Numbered from the stretch's first letter, positions 1 to 10,469 are shown. The stretch: DNA of 64,000 nucleotides from an uncultured Nitrospiraceae bacterium (GCA_963811165.1 CAWEQH010000010.1:1088001-1152000); one strand, 5' to 3'. Numbers and translations: made by a program. Notes: generated by a model not told the origin, from the sequence alone.

Positions 1-872
1 GGCTTTGCGCCCTGTCCGTACTTGATCTCTATGGCACAGGGGTCTTCCACCATATCGGGAAGCGCATGGATGATCTCGTCCCATCCGAAATACCCGGAGG
101 CGATCTGGAGTATGAAGTATTTGAGGAACTTCGACTTAAGGAGCCTTGGCGGCAACCCGCCCTCCCCCGAGCACATTACCACAGGCATGCCCTCGACTTC
201 GTTAAGGTACGTGACACCCATCGCCAGGCCCTCCCACATCGGAGGGGAAAGCGCACCCACGGACATGCTGCCGATCATGATCGGGTATATCTCCCGAACC
301 GGGGGAATGAAAATCCCGTCCCTGTCGATAACGAGTTTTCCGCCTATGTTTTTAAGGGGAAGCTGTTCAGGCGGGAGGTTCCTTCCCAAAAAAGTCCTGA
401 TCCGAAATTCGTGCCTTCCCGCGTCGAGCGCAGGGTCCGTAAGCATCGATATCCTCGTGAATTTAAGCCTGTCCAAAGTAGAGACGGTCGGATCGTTTCT
501 CCTGCCGCCCCTTTTATAGGCATCGCCGCCTTTATTTTTGAAATGGAGCAACTTGTTCTGGGGGTTTAGTTCCGGCTCAATCGCCTCGTTGGGGCATACG
601 AGCGTACAACTCCCGCAACCTGTGCAATACCGGTTGATGTCCTTCACCTGCTCGACCATGTAGGTCACCTTTTTCGAGGCGGACGGCTCAGGCACCGGGC
701 CTTCGGATGTGACGGACCTGAGGATCTTCACGGTAGGCTCAATCGCCTTGACCGGGCATACCGCCGTGCATCTGCCGCAGCGTTTACACCTGTCGTCGCG
801 CCATCTGATGATATAGGGAAACTCTCTAAGGGAGAGCTGGTGGTTATGGTCTAATTGTGAAGCTGGTTCCAT
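1..872 (-). CDS. Glutamate synthase-related FMN-binding subunit with N-terminal 2x[4Fe-4S] domain (runs off window start)
   Basis: Not in the ORF track. Manual translation from ATG 872 (GGAGG upstream): MEPASQLDHNHQLSLREFPYIIRWRDDRCKRCGRCTAVCP...CTGCGSCTLVCP, later MSIG and GEGG motifs. Overlaps the stop of the amidotransferase gene. Confidence 0.85.
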   Translation of the reverse strand, partial: MEPASQLDHNHQLSLREFPYIIRWRDDRCKRCGRCTAVCPVKAIEPTVKILRSVTSEGPVPEPSASKKVTYMVEQVKDINRYCTGCGSCTLVCPNEAIEPELNPQNKLLHFKNKGGDAYKRGGRRNDPTVSTLDRLKFTRISMLTDPALDAGRHEFRIRTFLGRNLPPEQLPLKNIGGKLVIDRDGIFIPPVREIYPIMIGSMSVGALSPPMWEGLAMGVTYLNEVEGMPVVMCSGEGGLPPRLLKSKFLKYFILQIASGYFGWDEIIHALPDMVEDPCAIEIKYGQGAK

Positions 873-1960
873 ACCTTTACCTCCTGCGCACCCGGGGAAA
901 TGATTACCATATCGTACTTCATCGGGAAGATGTCCTTCGACCGGTCTCTTTGGGGAACGGCCCTGTCCACCCCGCATTCTTCGGACATAAGGGCATACTT
1001 TCCTTTTACTCCGCCCACCATGCCGGGCCGCAATTTCTTCGAATCCTGGACCATCAGGCAGGTGCCGTCGGGAGTAAAGCCGATGACACAGTTGGGGCCG
1101 TCTATGCAGAGCATCCTGAGGGACTTCCTGAGAAGGTCGAGCACCTCACGGTCGGGCCGCTTTGCAATCTCAGACGCATTAAGCGGGGTGATCACATGTT
1201 TATAATACTCTAGCGGATAGCCGAGCTCTCTGGTGAGAAAATGAAGAATATGGGTAAATACCTCGCTGTCGCTGTTATACCCCACATACCCCGGGAAGCC
1301 CCTGGACATGAGGTATTCCCGGATGGGCACGAAAGCGGTATTCTCCCCGTTCGTCATCGTAGAAAAGCCCTGGATAAAGAAGGGGTGACAGGCGTAGAGA
1401 TTAATCGCATAGTTGGTGTTTTGGCGGCCCTGGGCAAGGATTATCTTCGCCTTGATCGACGAACGGTCGAGGCCGAAAAATTCGGACACCTCAAGGGGGT
1501 CGCCGACCTCTTTTAAGACCATGATGTCGGGATAAAACGCAAAGACGATGATCGATTCATCCGCCTGCCCCATCTTACGGAGAGTCAGGCGCGTCCTAAG
1601 GAGGAGGTCTTCTTTCTCACGGAGGGTCTTGTCCCGATAGGAAGCAGGGTATTCGTAAGCACGGGCGAAGTAGTGGTCCCTTCTTTGGACTCCCTTTACC
1701 TCTCTTATATCCGGTGTCCAGGAATGCTTCACCTCGAACCCCTGTTTTTCCATATATTCATCGAGTATGACGAGCCCCGGGCCGGAGCATATCGCCGAAA
1801 GGACCGGATACCCCTTGAGTCTCTCGAACTCACCGCCAAGGTCCTTCATCATGATACCCAGGCCTGAGCCGTCATGCCCCTCTTTCATCGTCTCAAGGGC
1901 GAGCACGGACTCCATCGGAGAAATATATTCAGCAGACGTTATTGCAGCTAACCGGCACAT
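851..1960 (-). CDS. Class II glutamine amidotransferase (split glutamate synthase subunit)
   Basis: N-terminal M-C nucleophile, GHDGSG, HPF and NGE motifs; coupled to the FMN subunit. Confidence 0.85.
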   Translation of the reverse strand: MCRLAAITSAEYISPMESVLALETMKEGHDGSGLGIMMKDLGGEFERLKGYPVLSAICSGPGLVILDEYMEKQGFEVKHSWTPDIREVKGVQRRDHYFARAYEYPASYRDKTLREKEDLLLRTRLTLRKMGQADESIIVFAFYPDIMVLKEVGDPLEVSEFFGLDRSSIKAKIILAQGRQNTNYAINLYACHPFFIQGFSTMTNGENTAFVPIREYLMSRGFPGYVGYNSDSEVFTHILHFLTRELGYPLEYYKHVITPLNASEIAKRPDREVLDLLRKSLRMLCIDGPNCVIGFTPDGTCLMVQDSKKLRPGMVGGVKGKYALMSEECGVDRAVPQRDRSKDIFPMKYDMVIISPGAQEVKVWNQLHN

Positions 1961-2004
1961 CCTGACCTCATCATTAAATATTTTCCGTTGCGTATTTCAG
2001 CGCT

Positions 2005-2110
2005 AAAAAAACGCCTAGCAGCCAGGACAGCTGTTTTAGGCGTCTTAGGCGTTCCTAAATATACGTCAATCGGCTGGTTTATAATAAAATTTATTTCCCG
2101 CCGATGTCAA
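2005..2110 (-). promoter_or_regulatory. Sigma70-like promoter and leader terminator (attenuator candidate) upstream of the glutamate synthase genes
   Basis: Minus strand TTGACA (2110-2105), 18 nt spacer, TATTAT (2086-2081); then ACGCCTA...TAGGCGT hairpin and T run before the ATG at 1960. Confidence 0.5.
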
Positions 2111-2244
2111 TTCGACAACTGCTCCGAAAAAGAAAGTCGGGCACCCACTCTCTGATGACATCGATGAACTCGCCCTGCTCTCTGCTTGCTTTTTGGCCGG
2201 TTTTTCACTTATTCTAAATCATCAACTTAAAATGGAGGTATATC

Positions 2245-2577
2245 GTGTTAAAAGTATCCGATACAGCCGCTGAGAAAGCGAAAGAGATTTTGAAGGCTGA
2301 GGGCAAGGAAGGCTGGGGTCTGAGGATTTTTGTCCACGGCTCCGGCTGCTGCGGTCCGAGCTACGGCATGGACATAGATGAAAAGGCTTCTGACGGAGAT
2401 GAGACCGTCGAGAAAAACGGACTTAAGGTATTTATCGACAAAGAAGCGTCTGCCAGCCTGGGAGAAAAAGAGATCGACTATGTCAAGACGGAACAGGGCG
2501 AGGGGTTCGTCATAAACGGCGGAGAAGCGCCTTCCTGCAGCTCCGGCTGCAGTTCCGGCTGCAGTTCCTGCGGATAA
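2245..2577 (+). CDS. HesB/IscA-family iron-sulfur cluster assembly accessory protein
   Basis: LRIFVHGSGCCGPSYGM, IDY...GF motifs and Cys-rich C-terminus; GGAGG before a GTG start. Confidence 0.85.
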   Translation: MLKVSDTAAEKAKEILKAEGKEGWGLRIFVHGSGCCGPSYGMDIDEKASDGDETVEKNGLKVFIDKEASASLGEKEIDYVKTEQGEGFVINGGEAPSCSSGCSSGCSSCG

Positions 2578-2589
2578 TCCCACCCTGAA

Positions 2590-3561
2590 ATGTTTCCCTA
2601 TCTGAGACCCAGGAGACTGAGGAAGAACGAGGCCATCAGGAGGATGGTGAGGGAGACCTCGCTGTCCCCTGATGATCTTATCTACCCCCTGTTTGTGACC
2701 TTCGGGAAAAACGTCCGCAAAGAAATAAAATCAATGCCCGGATGTTTCCAGGAGTCGGTCGACATGATCGTCAGGCATGCAAAAGAGGTCTATTCATTAG
2801 GCATACCGGCGGTACTGCTCTTTGGTATCCCGGAGCACAAGGACGAGATCGGCTCAGGGGCGTATGACCCAAAGGGGGTCGTACAGAAGGCCATTACCGC
2901 GATCAAGAATAAGGTCCCGGGACTCTATGTGGTCACGGATGTCTGCATGTGCGAATACACAAGCCACGGCCACTGCGGCATTATTGAAGGCGGCGAGGTG
3001 AGAAATGATCCCACGCTGGAGCTTCTTGCGAAAGAGGCCGTGTCTCATGCAAAGGCGGGTGCGGACATGGTTGCTCCTTCCGACATGATGGACGGAAGGG
3101 TCGGGGCGATACGGGCGGCCCTCGATGAAGAGGGGTTTTCGGAGACTCCGATCATGAGCTATGCAGCGAAATACGCATCGTCCTTTTACGGGCCGTTCCG
3201 AGAGGCGGGCGAATGTGCGCCACAGTTCGGCGACAGAAGTTCCTACCAGATGGACCCGTCTAACAGACGCGAGGCGCTCAAGGAGGTTGCTCTCGATGTC
3301 GAAGAGGGCGCCGATATCGTGATGGTAAAGCCGGCGATGACCTACCTCGATATCATCTCCGACGTAAGGGCGAGCTTCGACCTTCCGGTAGCGGCATACA
3401 ATGTAAGCGGCGAATATGCCGTCATCAAGGCGGCGGCGAAGCTTGGCTGGATCGATGAAAAGCGGGCCATGATGGAAGTACTGACATCGATTAAACGGGC
3501 CGGCGCCGACCTGATACTCACCTACTTCGCAAAAGAAGCGGCGAAGGTCCTCCACAAGTAA
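2590..3561 (+). CDS. hemB: Porphobilinogen synthase
   Basis: [41 protein letters not shown]. Confidence 0.98.
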   Translation: MFPYLRPRRLRKNEAIRRMVRETSLSPDDLIYPLFVTFGKNVRKEIKSMPGCFQESVDMIVRHAKEVYSLGIPAVLLFGIPEHKDEIGSGAYDPKGVVQKAITAIKNKVPGLYVVTDVCMCEYTSHGHCGIIEGGEVRNDPTLELLAKEAVSHAKAGADMVAPSDMMDGRVGAIRAALDEEGFSETPIMSYAAKYASSFYGPFREAGECAPQFGDRSSYQMDPSNRREALKEVALDVEEGADIVMVKPAMTYLDIISDVRASFDLPVAAYNVSGEYAVIKAAAKLGWIDEKRAMMEVLTSIKRAGADLILTYFAKEAAKVLHK

Positions 3562-3619
3562 TCCCCCTTCCCTTTTTCCCTATACTAGCCAATCGCGTAA
3601 TTTCCGCTATACTGGAAAA

Positions 3620-4195
3620 ATGGACGATATCCAGAAGATGCGCGCATGCGTGATGGTCTTTTTTTTGATCTTCCTCTTTCCCCTTTCGTCGCGGGGGGCA
3701 GAGAAGAATAACTACATCGTCCTTAGGGGCGGGACTTACACCTTTATGGACTCCCTCAAAGACGCAAATCTGGCGACCGGGTTCGACGGGGAGTTGGCTT
3801 ACGGTCGATACATCCTGCCCAATCTTATCCTGGAGGGCGCAGCAGGCTATTTCCACGACGGCGTCAACAAAGGATATGGGAATGATGTGAAGGGGATACC
3901 GGTGACGCTGACGGCAAAAGGGATATACCCCGTCAGAAGGTTCGATCTCTTTGCGGGGGCCGGTGTCGGCGTCTATTTCGCTAAATTACACGCAAAGCTC
4001 GGCGAGACCGTCGCTAACGCAAACAAAACAATCCCGGGGGGCCATGCGGTGATCGGTTCTTATTATAATTTCACTTCTTCTTTGTTTGCGGGAGTGGAAG
4101 GGAAATACATCTTCACGGAAAAGGCGGATTTCGGCACATTGCGCAGCAGCCTCAACGGTTTTACCGCGGCAGCCAGTTTAGGCTACAGGTTTTAA
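3620..4195 (+). CDS. Outer-membrane beta-barrel protein (OmpW/OmpA-TM-like)
   Basis: Signal peptide, amphipathic beta strands, C-terminal GYRF. Confidence 0.75.
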   Translation: MDDIQKMRACVMVFFLIFLFPLSSRGAEKNNYIVLRGGTYTFMDSLKDANLATGFDGELAYGRYILPNLILEGAAGYFHDGVNKGYGNDVKGIPVTLTAKGIYPVRRFDLFAGAGVGVYFAKLHAKLGETVANANKTIPGGHAVIGSYYNFTSSLFAGVEGKYIFTEKADFGTLRSSLNGFTAAASLGYRF

Positions 4196-4456
4196 TTAAA
4201 GATCGTAGTCACACAGGGGGATCTGCTTGCGCTGCTTTAGACGGGGGAGTAATCTTCCTGTACTCCTCAAGGACGTGCCTCAGAAACCAGTCCCTGAGAA
4301 ACCCCACGGCATTTTCCAAAGACTCTCTTTTGCCCTGAAGGTGCTCTGACTCTAAATCCGAAACGAGATGCGGCCGCGTAGGTCATAAAGTTCCGTGGGG
4401 ATCAATGGCCGGATCGGATAAGCCGCGTGTCCACATTGGATGAGTTATAATAAAAA

Positions 4457-4714
4457 ATGGGAGAGGAACTCCTCAAAGAGGAGGAAAAGAAGATGAGGCG
4501 GCTTAGGTTCATCGTCGACTTGGCCGAGGCGGTCTTGATGCAGTCCGACCTCACGCTTCAGGAGTCTCTGGAGCTAATCGAAAATACAAAGAAGGCTGCG
4601 CTCAGCCTATTCCCGGACAAGGAATTCGTCTATGACCTGGTGTATACCCCGAGATTCCTCAGGATCCTAAACGCCAGATTCACCATCCCCGGCAGCCTAT
4701 CGGGGAGAAACTAA
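4457..4714 (+). CDS. Hypothetical small helical protein
   Basis: 85-aa ORF filling the intergenic gap, with plausible protein composition. Confidence 0.65.
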   Translation: MGEELLKEEEKKMRRLRFIVDLAEAVLMQSDLTLQESLELIENTKKAALSLFPDKEFVYDLVYTPRFLRILNARFTIPGSLSGRN

Positions 4715-4834
4715 GCATCACGATCTCTTTTAGCCGCGGTCTTGTCTGATCGGGAAAGGTTGTGCCCCCGGGTCAACGGTGGTAGATTTAAATCAAGACT
4801 TGCCCGACTACTTTTTTGGTATTGGAGTGCGCAA

Positions 4835-5884
4835 ATGTCCAAGATTCAGTTTGAGAGCACCGACTCACCATTAACGATTCTGGAACCTTCGAAAGGGTTC
4901 GCCGAAGGTCTGCATACCGTAGTGGTCCGGAGGGACCCTCTCCTTGGCGATACGAGTGTTTACAACCCTTTTCTTAAGGACAAGGCCAAACTTTTTTTCG
5001 GTGAAAACGATCCCGATCTCCTCCGGCAGTTGATCGAGAGCAGCAGGAAAGCCTGCTTTTTCTGCGGGGAAAGCGTAGCAAATAGTACGCCCAAATACCC
5101 TTCGGCCCTTGTCCCGGAAGGACGGATACGGTCAGGCGAGGCGATCCTCTTCCCGAATCTCTTCTCCATAGCCAAATATCATGCTATTACCGCTTTGAGC
5201 AGGGCACATTTCCTCGCACTTTCGGAGTTCACGCCGGCCGTCGTTGCGGACGGTCTGTCTGTCAATCAGGAATTTCTTAACGCGGTATACCGGTACGATA
5301 CCTCTGTGCCGTTTACCATTGTCTGCGCCAATTACCTCTTTCCTGCCGGAGCCAGCCTGGTCCATCCCCACATGCAGACGCTCGTCTCTCCCCTCCCATA
5401 TTCTTATCATAACCGGCTGGTAACTGCGTGCAGGGTCTACTATCGGGAAGAGGGCTCCGCATACCATACGGACCTGATCGCAGCTGAAAAAGAGATCGGT
5501 CTCAGATATATAGCGCAGATGGGACGATGGCACTGGATTACCTCATTCTCTCCCATGGGGAGCAATGAAGTGCTGGCCGTTCATGAGCAGGAAAGCGATT
5601 TCGCACGACTCACAAAAGAAGATATCAAAGATCTCAGCTGCGGCATTTCGAATATCCTGGCCTTTTACGAGAGTCTCGGCCATCTGAGCTTCAACTATGC
5701 GCTCTATTCGGTGAAAGAGTCGGCCGGGAAAGAAGGCCTTCGATGTCTTATAAAGATGATAACCAGGCAGAACCTTTATACGAATTACCGTAACGACGAT
5801 TACTTCCTGCAAAAACTTCTTCATTCGGAACTTATCATCACCCTGCCGGAAGAATTAACGCTCAAAATAAAGGAATTTTTTTAA
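4835..5884 (+). CDS. Galactose-1-phosphate uridylyltransferase-like (GalT/HIT) protein
   Basis: RRDPL, CFFC, FPNLF and GASLVHPHMQ motifs; ATG 4835 follows GGAG. Confidence 0.8.
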   Translation: MSKIQFESTDSPLTILEPSKGFAEGLHTVVVRRDPLLGDTSVYNPFLKDKAKLFFGENDPDLLRQLIESSRKACFFCGESVANSTPKYPSALVPEGRIRSGEAILFPNLFSIAKYHAITALSRAHFLALSEFTPAVVADGLSVNQEFLNAVYRYDTSVPFTIVCANYLFPAGASLVHPHMQTLVSPLPYSYHNRLVTACRVYYREEGSAYHTDLIAAEKEIGLRYIAQMGRWHWITSFSPMGSNEVLAVHEQESDFARLTKEDIKDLSCGISNILAFYESLGHLSFNYALYSVKESAGKEGLRCLIKMITRQNLYTNYRNDDYFLQKLLHSELIITLPEELTLKIKEFF

Positions 5885-6005
5885 GACTCCCTGTCCGGAA
5901 TTCCCTTATCTTACCCCTTCCAAGCCACAGAAAACGGTTGCCAGCTTCCATGAGGGGGTGTAAGATGATATATATTTATCTCTGAGCGTATCTTCCGGAG
6001 GAATT

Positions 6006-7346
6006 ATGATCGCACTTAATTTCGCAAACATGATGAGAAAGGTGATAGGCGCCAACGGCCTGGACGAAAAAGTCGTCGACGATCTCAGAGACAGAGTGCG
6101 CGAGGAACATAGGGAGATCGCAGGCAGGAAATGGAAGGAACTTGAATTTATGGACCTTCCCGACCGGGATACCTCAGAGATTAAAAGGATCGCCGCCGAA
6201 GTCAGGCAGGATTCCGATACGTTCCTCATCCTTGGAATCGGGGGTTCGGCGCTCGGGCCGAGGGCGGTGATTGAAGGGCTGCGTCCGTTTCATATCCTAA
6301 GGGAAAAGCCGAGGGTATTCATCTACGACAACGTGGACCCGCGCACGCTCACACACATACTCTCTCTGGTGGATCTCAAAAAAACAACGATCAATGTCAT
6401 CTCGAAATCAGGCAGTACCGCCGAGACCGCGGCCTCCTTCATGATCCTATGGGACGAGATGAAAAAGGCAGCCGGCAACGATGCGGCAAAGAGGTTTATC
6501 GCAACGACCGACCCTGCCTCGGGGAACCTCAGGAAGATAGCATCCGATCACGGGATGAGGACTCTGCCGATAGAAAAAGGCATCGGCGGAAGGTATTCGG
6601 TACTGAGCCCGGTCGGGTTGCTTCCCGCCGAGGTCGTGGGAATTGATTCCCGGGAATTGCTCAAGGGAGCGGCTGATCTGCGCCAGAGGTGCTCCTCCGA
6701 TGAGATACGGCAAAACCCGGCATATATGTTCGGTGCGCTCCTCTATCTCATGAATACAAACGCCAGAAGAAACATAAATGCGCTGATCCCTTATGCAGAC
6801 AGTCTCAAGTTCCTCTCCGAATGGTTCTGCCAGCTCTGGGCCGAAAGCCTCGGCAAGGAGGAAAGAGGGATGACGCCATATCCCTCGGTCGGTACTACTG
6901 ACCAGCACTCCCAGCTCCAGCTCTGGATGGAAGGGCCTGAAGACAAGGTCGTCACCTTCATACGGGTCGATGATTACGGTGTCGATTTTACGGTCCCCCG
7001 GGTATTCGAAGAGATCGAGGGAACAAGCTATCTTTCCGGCCACACCCTCTCTGAACTGATCAAGGCGGAGGAGGAATCCTCTGAACTCGCCCTCGCAAAA
7101 AGGGGACACCCGAATATGACCATCACCATCCCGGCCATAGACGCGTACCATCTCGGACAGCTCTTCATGTTCTTCGAGATCGCTACCGCCATCACGGGAC
7201 TTCTGCTGGGGATAAATCCCTTTAACCAGCCGGGCGTCGAAGAAGGCAAGAGTTACACCTACGGCATGATGGGCAAAAAGGGGTTCGAGCCGAAGAAGGC
7301 CGAAGTGGAAAAGGCAAGGGAAGACAAGTCCCGCTGGCAGATGTGA
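6006..7346 (+). CDS. pgi: Glucose-6-phosphate isomerase
   Basis: GIGGSALG, SKSGSTAET, GGRYSV, QLWAESLGK, DQHSQLQ, NPFNQPGVEEGK. Confidence 0.97.
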   Translation: MIALNFANMMRKVIGANGLDEKVVDDLRDRVREEHREIAGRKWKELEFMDLPDRDTSEIKRIAAEVRQDSDTFLILGIGGSALGPRAVIEGLRPFHILREKPRVFIYDNVDPRTLTHILSLVDLKKTTINVISKSGSTAETAASFMILWDEMKKAAGNDAAKRFIATTDPASGNLRKIASDHGMRTLPIEKGIGGRYSVLSPVGLLPAEVVGIDSRELLKGAADLRQRCSSDEIRQNPAYMFGALLYLMNTNARRNINALIPYADSLKFLSEWFCQLWAESLGKEERGMTPYPSVGTTDQHSQLQLWMEGPEDKVVTFIRVDDYGVDFTVPRVFEEIEGTSYLSGHTLSELIKAEEESSELALAKRGHPNMTITIPAIDAYHLGQLFMFFEIATAITGLLLGINPFNQPGVEEGKSYTYGMMGKKGFEPKKAEVEKAREDKSRWQM

Positions 7347-8644
7347 AGCTCCGCATCTTACTGGTAAACCCCTGGATATACGACTTTGCAGCGGCAAACC
7401 TCTGGTCGAGGCCGCTCGGACTCCTAACGGTTGCCGAGTGCCTGAGCTGCTACGATGTCGAACTCCCGCTCATCGACTGCACTGATGTCTTACTCAAAAC
7501 AGACCCGGGCAGAGGAAAATATCCCAAGGAGAGGGTCGAAAAACCTGAGTGTCTGAAGCGGATGCCAAGGACATTCGGGAGATACGGTATTTCTCCCGAT
7601 GAATTCAGCCTGAGACTGTCGAAGGCCGCACCCTTCGATCTTGTTTTCGTCACCTCGATCATGTCCTGGTGGTATCCAGGGGTCCGGAAGGTCATAGAGA
7701 TTATCAGGGAAGGATATAAGGGCGTGCCTATCGTCCTTGGGGGCATATACGCTACGCTCTGGCATAGTCACGCTTCCGGCACATCAGGGGCCGATTTCAT
7801 TCATAAGGGTCCCATCGGAGAAGAGATAAGGGCAGTCTTCAATACCTTCGGATTCAGACTGAAAAAAAAAGCGGATATCGCATCTCCCTATTACAAACTG
7901 GGTCTTTATTCAGGGTATCCGTTCGCCCCTGTCCTAAGCAGCGCGGGGTGCCCTTTTTCATGCGCTTACTGCGCCTCCGGAATCCTCCGAAAGGGCTTTT
8001 CCCGGCGAGCGCCGCATGAAGTCGTAAATGAAATAAAGGAGCTTTCTCAAGAAGGGGTACGGGACTTTGCCTTTTACGACGACGCCCTTTTGGCCGACGC
8101 CGACAGACATATCGGGCCCATCCTCGAAAAGATCAAGGCGTTAGAGATACATGCACGGTTCCACTGCCCAAACGGGCTGCACGCAAGGTTTATCGATGAC
8201 GGACTCGCCGGTCTCATGAGGGATTCCGGGTTCAAAACAATCAGACTGGGGTTCGAGACAGTTTACGGAGAAAGACAGAAAGAGACCGGAGGCAAGGTCA
8301 CATGCGAAGACCTCGTTTCTGCGGTAGAGCGCCTGAAAAGACACGGCTTCACGAAAAAAGAGATCGGCGTTTATCTTATGTACGGTCTGCCCGGACAGCC
8401 ACTCGAGGAGGTAAAAGAAGGAGTGGCTTTCCTGATATCACTCGGCGTAAATGTACACCTCGCCGAGTTCTCGCCGATACCTGGCACCAGGAGCTGGAAG
8501 GAACTTGAGTATACGGGCGTCGTGAAAGAAGGTATGGATCCGCTTCTTACAAACAATACCGTCTTTTCGTATCTCTTCTCCGGCTATGATCCGCATAAAG
8601 TCGACGAGCTCAAACTCAAAGTGAAAAACCACAATATGTCCTGA
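7343..8644 (+). CDS. B12-binding-domain radical SAM protein
   Basis: CPFSCAYC motif; N-terminal cobalamin-binding-like domain (PIVLGGIYATL); GTG start overlaps the pgi stop. Confidence 0.85.
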   Translation: MKLRILLVNPWIYDFAAANLWSRPLGLLTVAECLSCYDVELPLIDCTDVLLKTDPGRGKYPKERVEKPECLKRMPRTFGRYGISPDEFSLRLSKAAPFDLVFVTSIMSWWYPGVRKVIEIIREGYKGVPIVLGGIYATLWHSHASGTSGADFIHKGPIGEEIRAVFNTFGFRLKKKADIASPYYKLGLYSGYPFAPVLSSAGCPFSCAYCASGILRKGFSRRAPHEVVNEIKELSQEGVRDFAFYDDALLADADRHIGPILEKIKALEIHARFHCPNGLHARFIDDGLAGLMRDSGFKTIRLGFETVYGERQKETGGKVTCEDLVSAVERLKRHGFTKKEIGVYLMYGLPGQPLEEVKEGVAFLISLGVNVHLAEFSPIPGTRSWKELEYTGVVKEGMDPLLTNNTVFSYLFSGYDPHKVDELKLKVKNHNMS

Positions 8645-8819
8645 CAGCGGCGGCCCCCCCTTCGGAATTATAACTGTCCTTAACCCGCTCTTATCTTAGG
8701 GGTCGATTACCGCTCAATCCCGAAAGCCCCTCACCCTATCCCCCCCTTGACACGGGCGGGTTCTATGGCCGACACTATCTAAGGATGGAGTTTTTGAAGA
8801 CAGGGAAAGGACGCGGGGA

Positions 8820-10106
8820 TTGAACGCACCGGATCTGATAAATCGTTTCAGCATGCCTTTTGCCGGAGAGCCTGGTATGAATATCCCTTCCTCCGGGGGC
8901 GATGCAAAAACAGGGTTGACGTGGTTATTTTTCATCATCGCCGTCCCCATAATCATTCTGCTTCTTGCGCTGCTCAGGTTCATTTATAAAAACACCATCG
9001 GAAAAAAAATGCAGACCACGCTCCTCGAAGACTATAAGAAAGAGGCTGAGGATTACGAAAAGAAAGGAAAATTCATATCGGCCGCGGACGTATACGAAAA
9101 CAGGCTGAAGAACCCTGGGAAGGCGGCCGCCCTTTTAGAAAAGGGCGGCGCGCACCGTAAGGCTGCACTCCTTTACGAATCCCTTGGAATGTCCCAAAAA
9201 GCAAAAGAGATGTATGAAAAACAGGGTGACATGGAAAGTTCAGCCGAGGTCTCTGTCGGAGATGGGGAATATGAAGAGGCCGCGAAGCTCTATGATAAGG
9301 CCGGAAAAAAGATCGACGCCGCGATGATGTTTGAACGGGCCGGGAGGAACCTTGCCGCAATGAGGGCTTACAGGGAGGCCGGAGAGTACAGAAGGGCATC
9401 GGTCCTCCTTGAGAAGGAAGGCATGGGAAAAGAGGCCGTCGAGATGTTCGGGCTTTCCCTTGCCGGCAGGGCGGCGGAGGCCTCGAACATTGCAGATTAT
9501 TATCTCTATGCCCACAAGCTCGAGGGGATCGGCGAAACAGAAAAGGCGCTCGGAGTGCTGAAGGAAATAGACAAGGTTGATCCGTCTTACAAAGACGTAA
9601 GAGAAAAAATCCATCTTCTTTCCCCTTCCGCCCAGAAGGAAGAGGCCCCTGAGGGAACGACCAGGCTCAGAAGTCTCATCAGAAGCGGCAGGATAGAACC
9701 TAAATACAGTCTGAAGCTCTGGGTCCAGATACTCAGAAAATTGCAGGAGGCATATAAAGGCGGACGCGGCTTCGGCCTGATGAGTCCGGATACTATTGCA
9801 ATAGACCCGCAAAACAATGTCTCCTTCCTCAGCGGCTTTGTCTCTTCGGGCTATCGTGCCCCGGAGGTCTCAAAGGGAGAGCAGCCGGATGTAAGGGCGG
9901 ACATATACTCCTCGGGCGTCATGCTTTACGAAATGCTCACAGGGGGCCTCGACGGCCTCGGCACCAGGCGGGTCAGCGATATCACCGACGTGCCCGATTG
10001 GCTCGATGAGATCGTGATCAAATGCATCCGGAAAGTAAAGGAAGACAGGTACCAGAGCCTGGAAGAAATATTCATCGACCTCAAGAACCTCTCGAAGAGC
10101 AAATAG
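8820..10106 (+). CDS. Membrane-anchored TPR/SNAP-like repeat protein with a degenerate Ser/Thr kinase C-lobe
   Basis: One TM segment, AA.LYE repeats, GYRAPE, ADIYSSGVMLYEMLTG and DRYQS; no HRD or DFG. Start uncertain (ATG 8877 possible). Confidence 0.75.
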   Translation: MNAPDLINRFSMPFAGEPGMNIPSSGGDAKTGLTWLFFIIAVPIIILLLALLRFIYKNTIGKKMQTTLLEDYKKEAEDYEKKGKFISAADVYENRLKNPGKAAALLEKGGAHRKAALLYESLGMSQKAKEMYEKQGDMESSAEVSVGDGEYEEAAKLYDKAGKKIDAAMMFERAGRNLAAMRAYREAGEYRRASVLLEKEGMGKEAVEMFGLSLAGRAAEASNIADYYLYAHKLEGIGETEKALGVLKEIDKVDPSYKDVREKIHLLSPSAQKEEAPEGTTRLRSLIRSGRIEPKYSLKLWVQILRKLQEAYKGGRGFGLMSPDTIAIDPQNNVSFLSGFVSSGYRAPEVSKGEQPDVRADIYSSGVMLYEMLTGGLDGLGTRRVSDITDVPDWLDEIVIKCIRKVKEDRYQSLEEIFIDLKNLSKSK

Positions 10107-10136
10107 GGTTGTATACTACATGTTCTCCCAAGAGAG

Positions 10137-10469
10137 ATGATAATGAAAAAATGCCCCTTCTGCGCTGAAGATATTCAAGACGCCGCGATAAAGTGTAAAC
10201 ACTGCGGGGAGTTTCTGGATGGCGCCACTCCCCCACGCTCTCACGAAGAAAAGCTTCCATGGTATTTCCGAAAAGCCTTCATCATAATCGCAGTATGCAC
10301 TGTGGGGCCTCTGGCGTTACCCCTTATTTGGTGGCGTCCTAAAACGACTCGGGCATGGAAGATCGGACTCACCATAGGGATCCTCGTTCTCAGTTGGTTC
10401 TTGATCAAAACCACGATAGAATCCATTCGTACACTCAGGGAGTATTACAAGCTGATTGAAGGGCTGTGA
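10137..10469 (+). CDS. Zinc-ribbon membrane protein
   Basis: KKCPFCAEDIQDAAIKCKHCGEFL plus two TM helices. Confidence 0.8.
   Translation: MIMKKCPFCAEDIQDAAIKCKHCGEFLDGATPPRSHEEKLPWYFRKAFIIIAVCTVGPLALPLIWWRPKTTRAWKIGLTIGILVLSWFLIKTTIESIRTLREYYKLIEGL

Noticed and set aside
22..569. Plus-strand ORFs 22-519 and 66-569
   Set aside because: Antisense shadows of the minus-strand glutamate synthase subunit.
2245..2577. HesB-like selenoprotein
   Set aside because: The relevant codons are TGC TGC; there is no in-frame UGA.
4200..4450. Intergenic CCCCACGG/CCGTGGGG long-range stem as a possible ncRNA
   Set aside because: Only one 8-bp stem, with no recognisable family motif or second copy.
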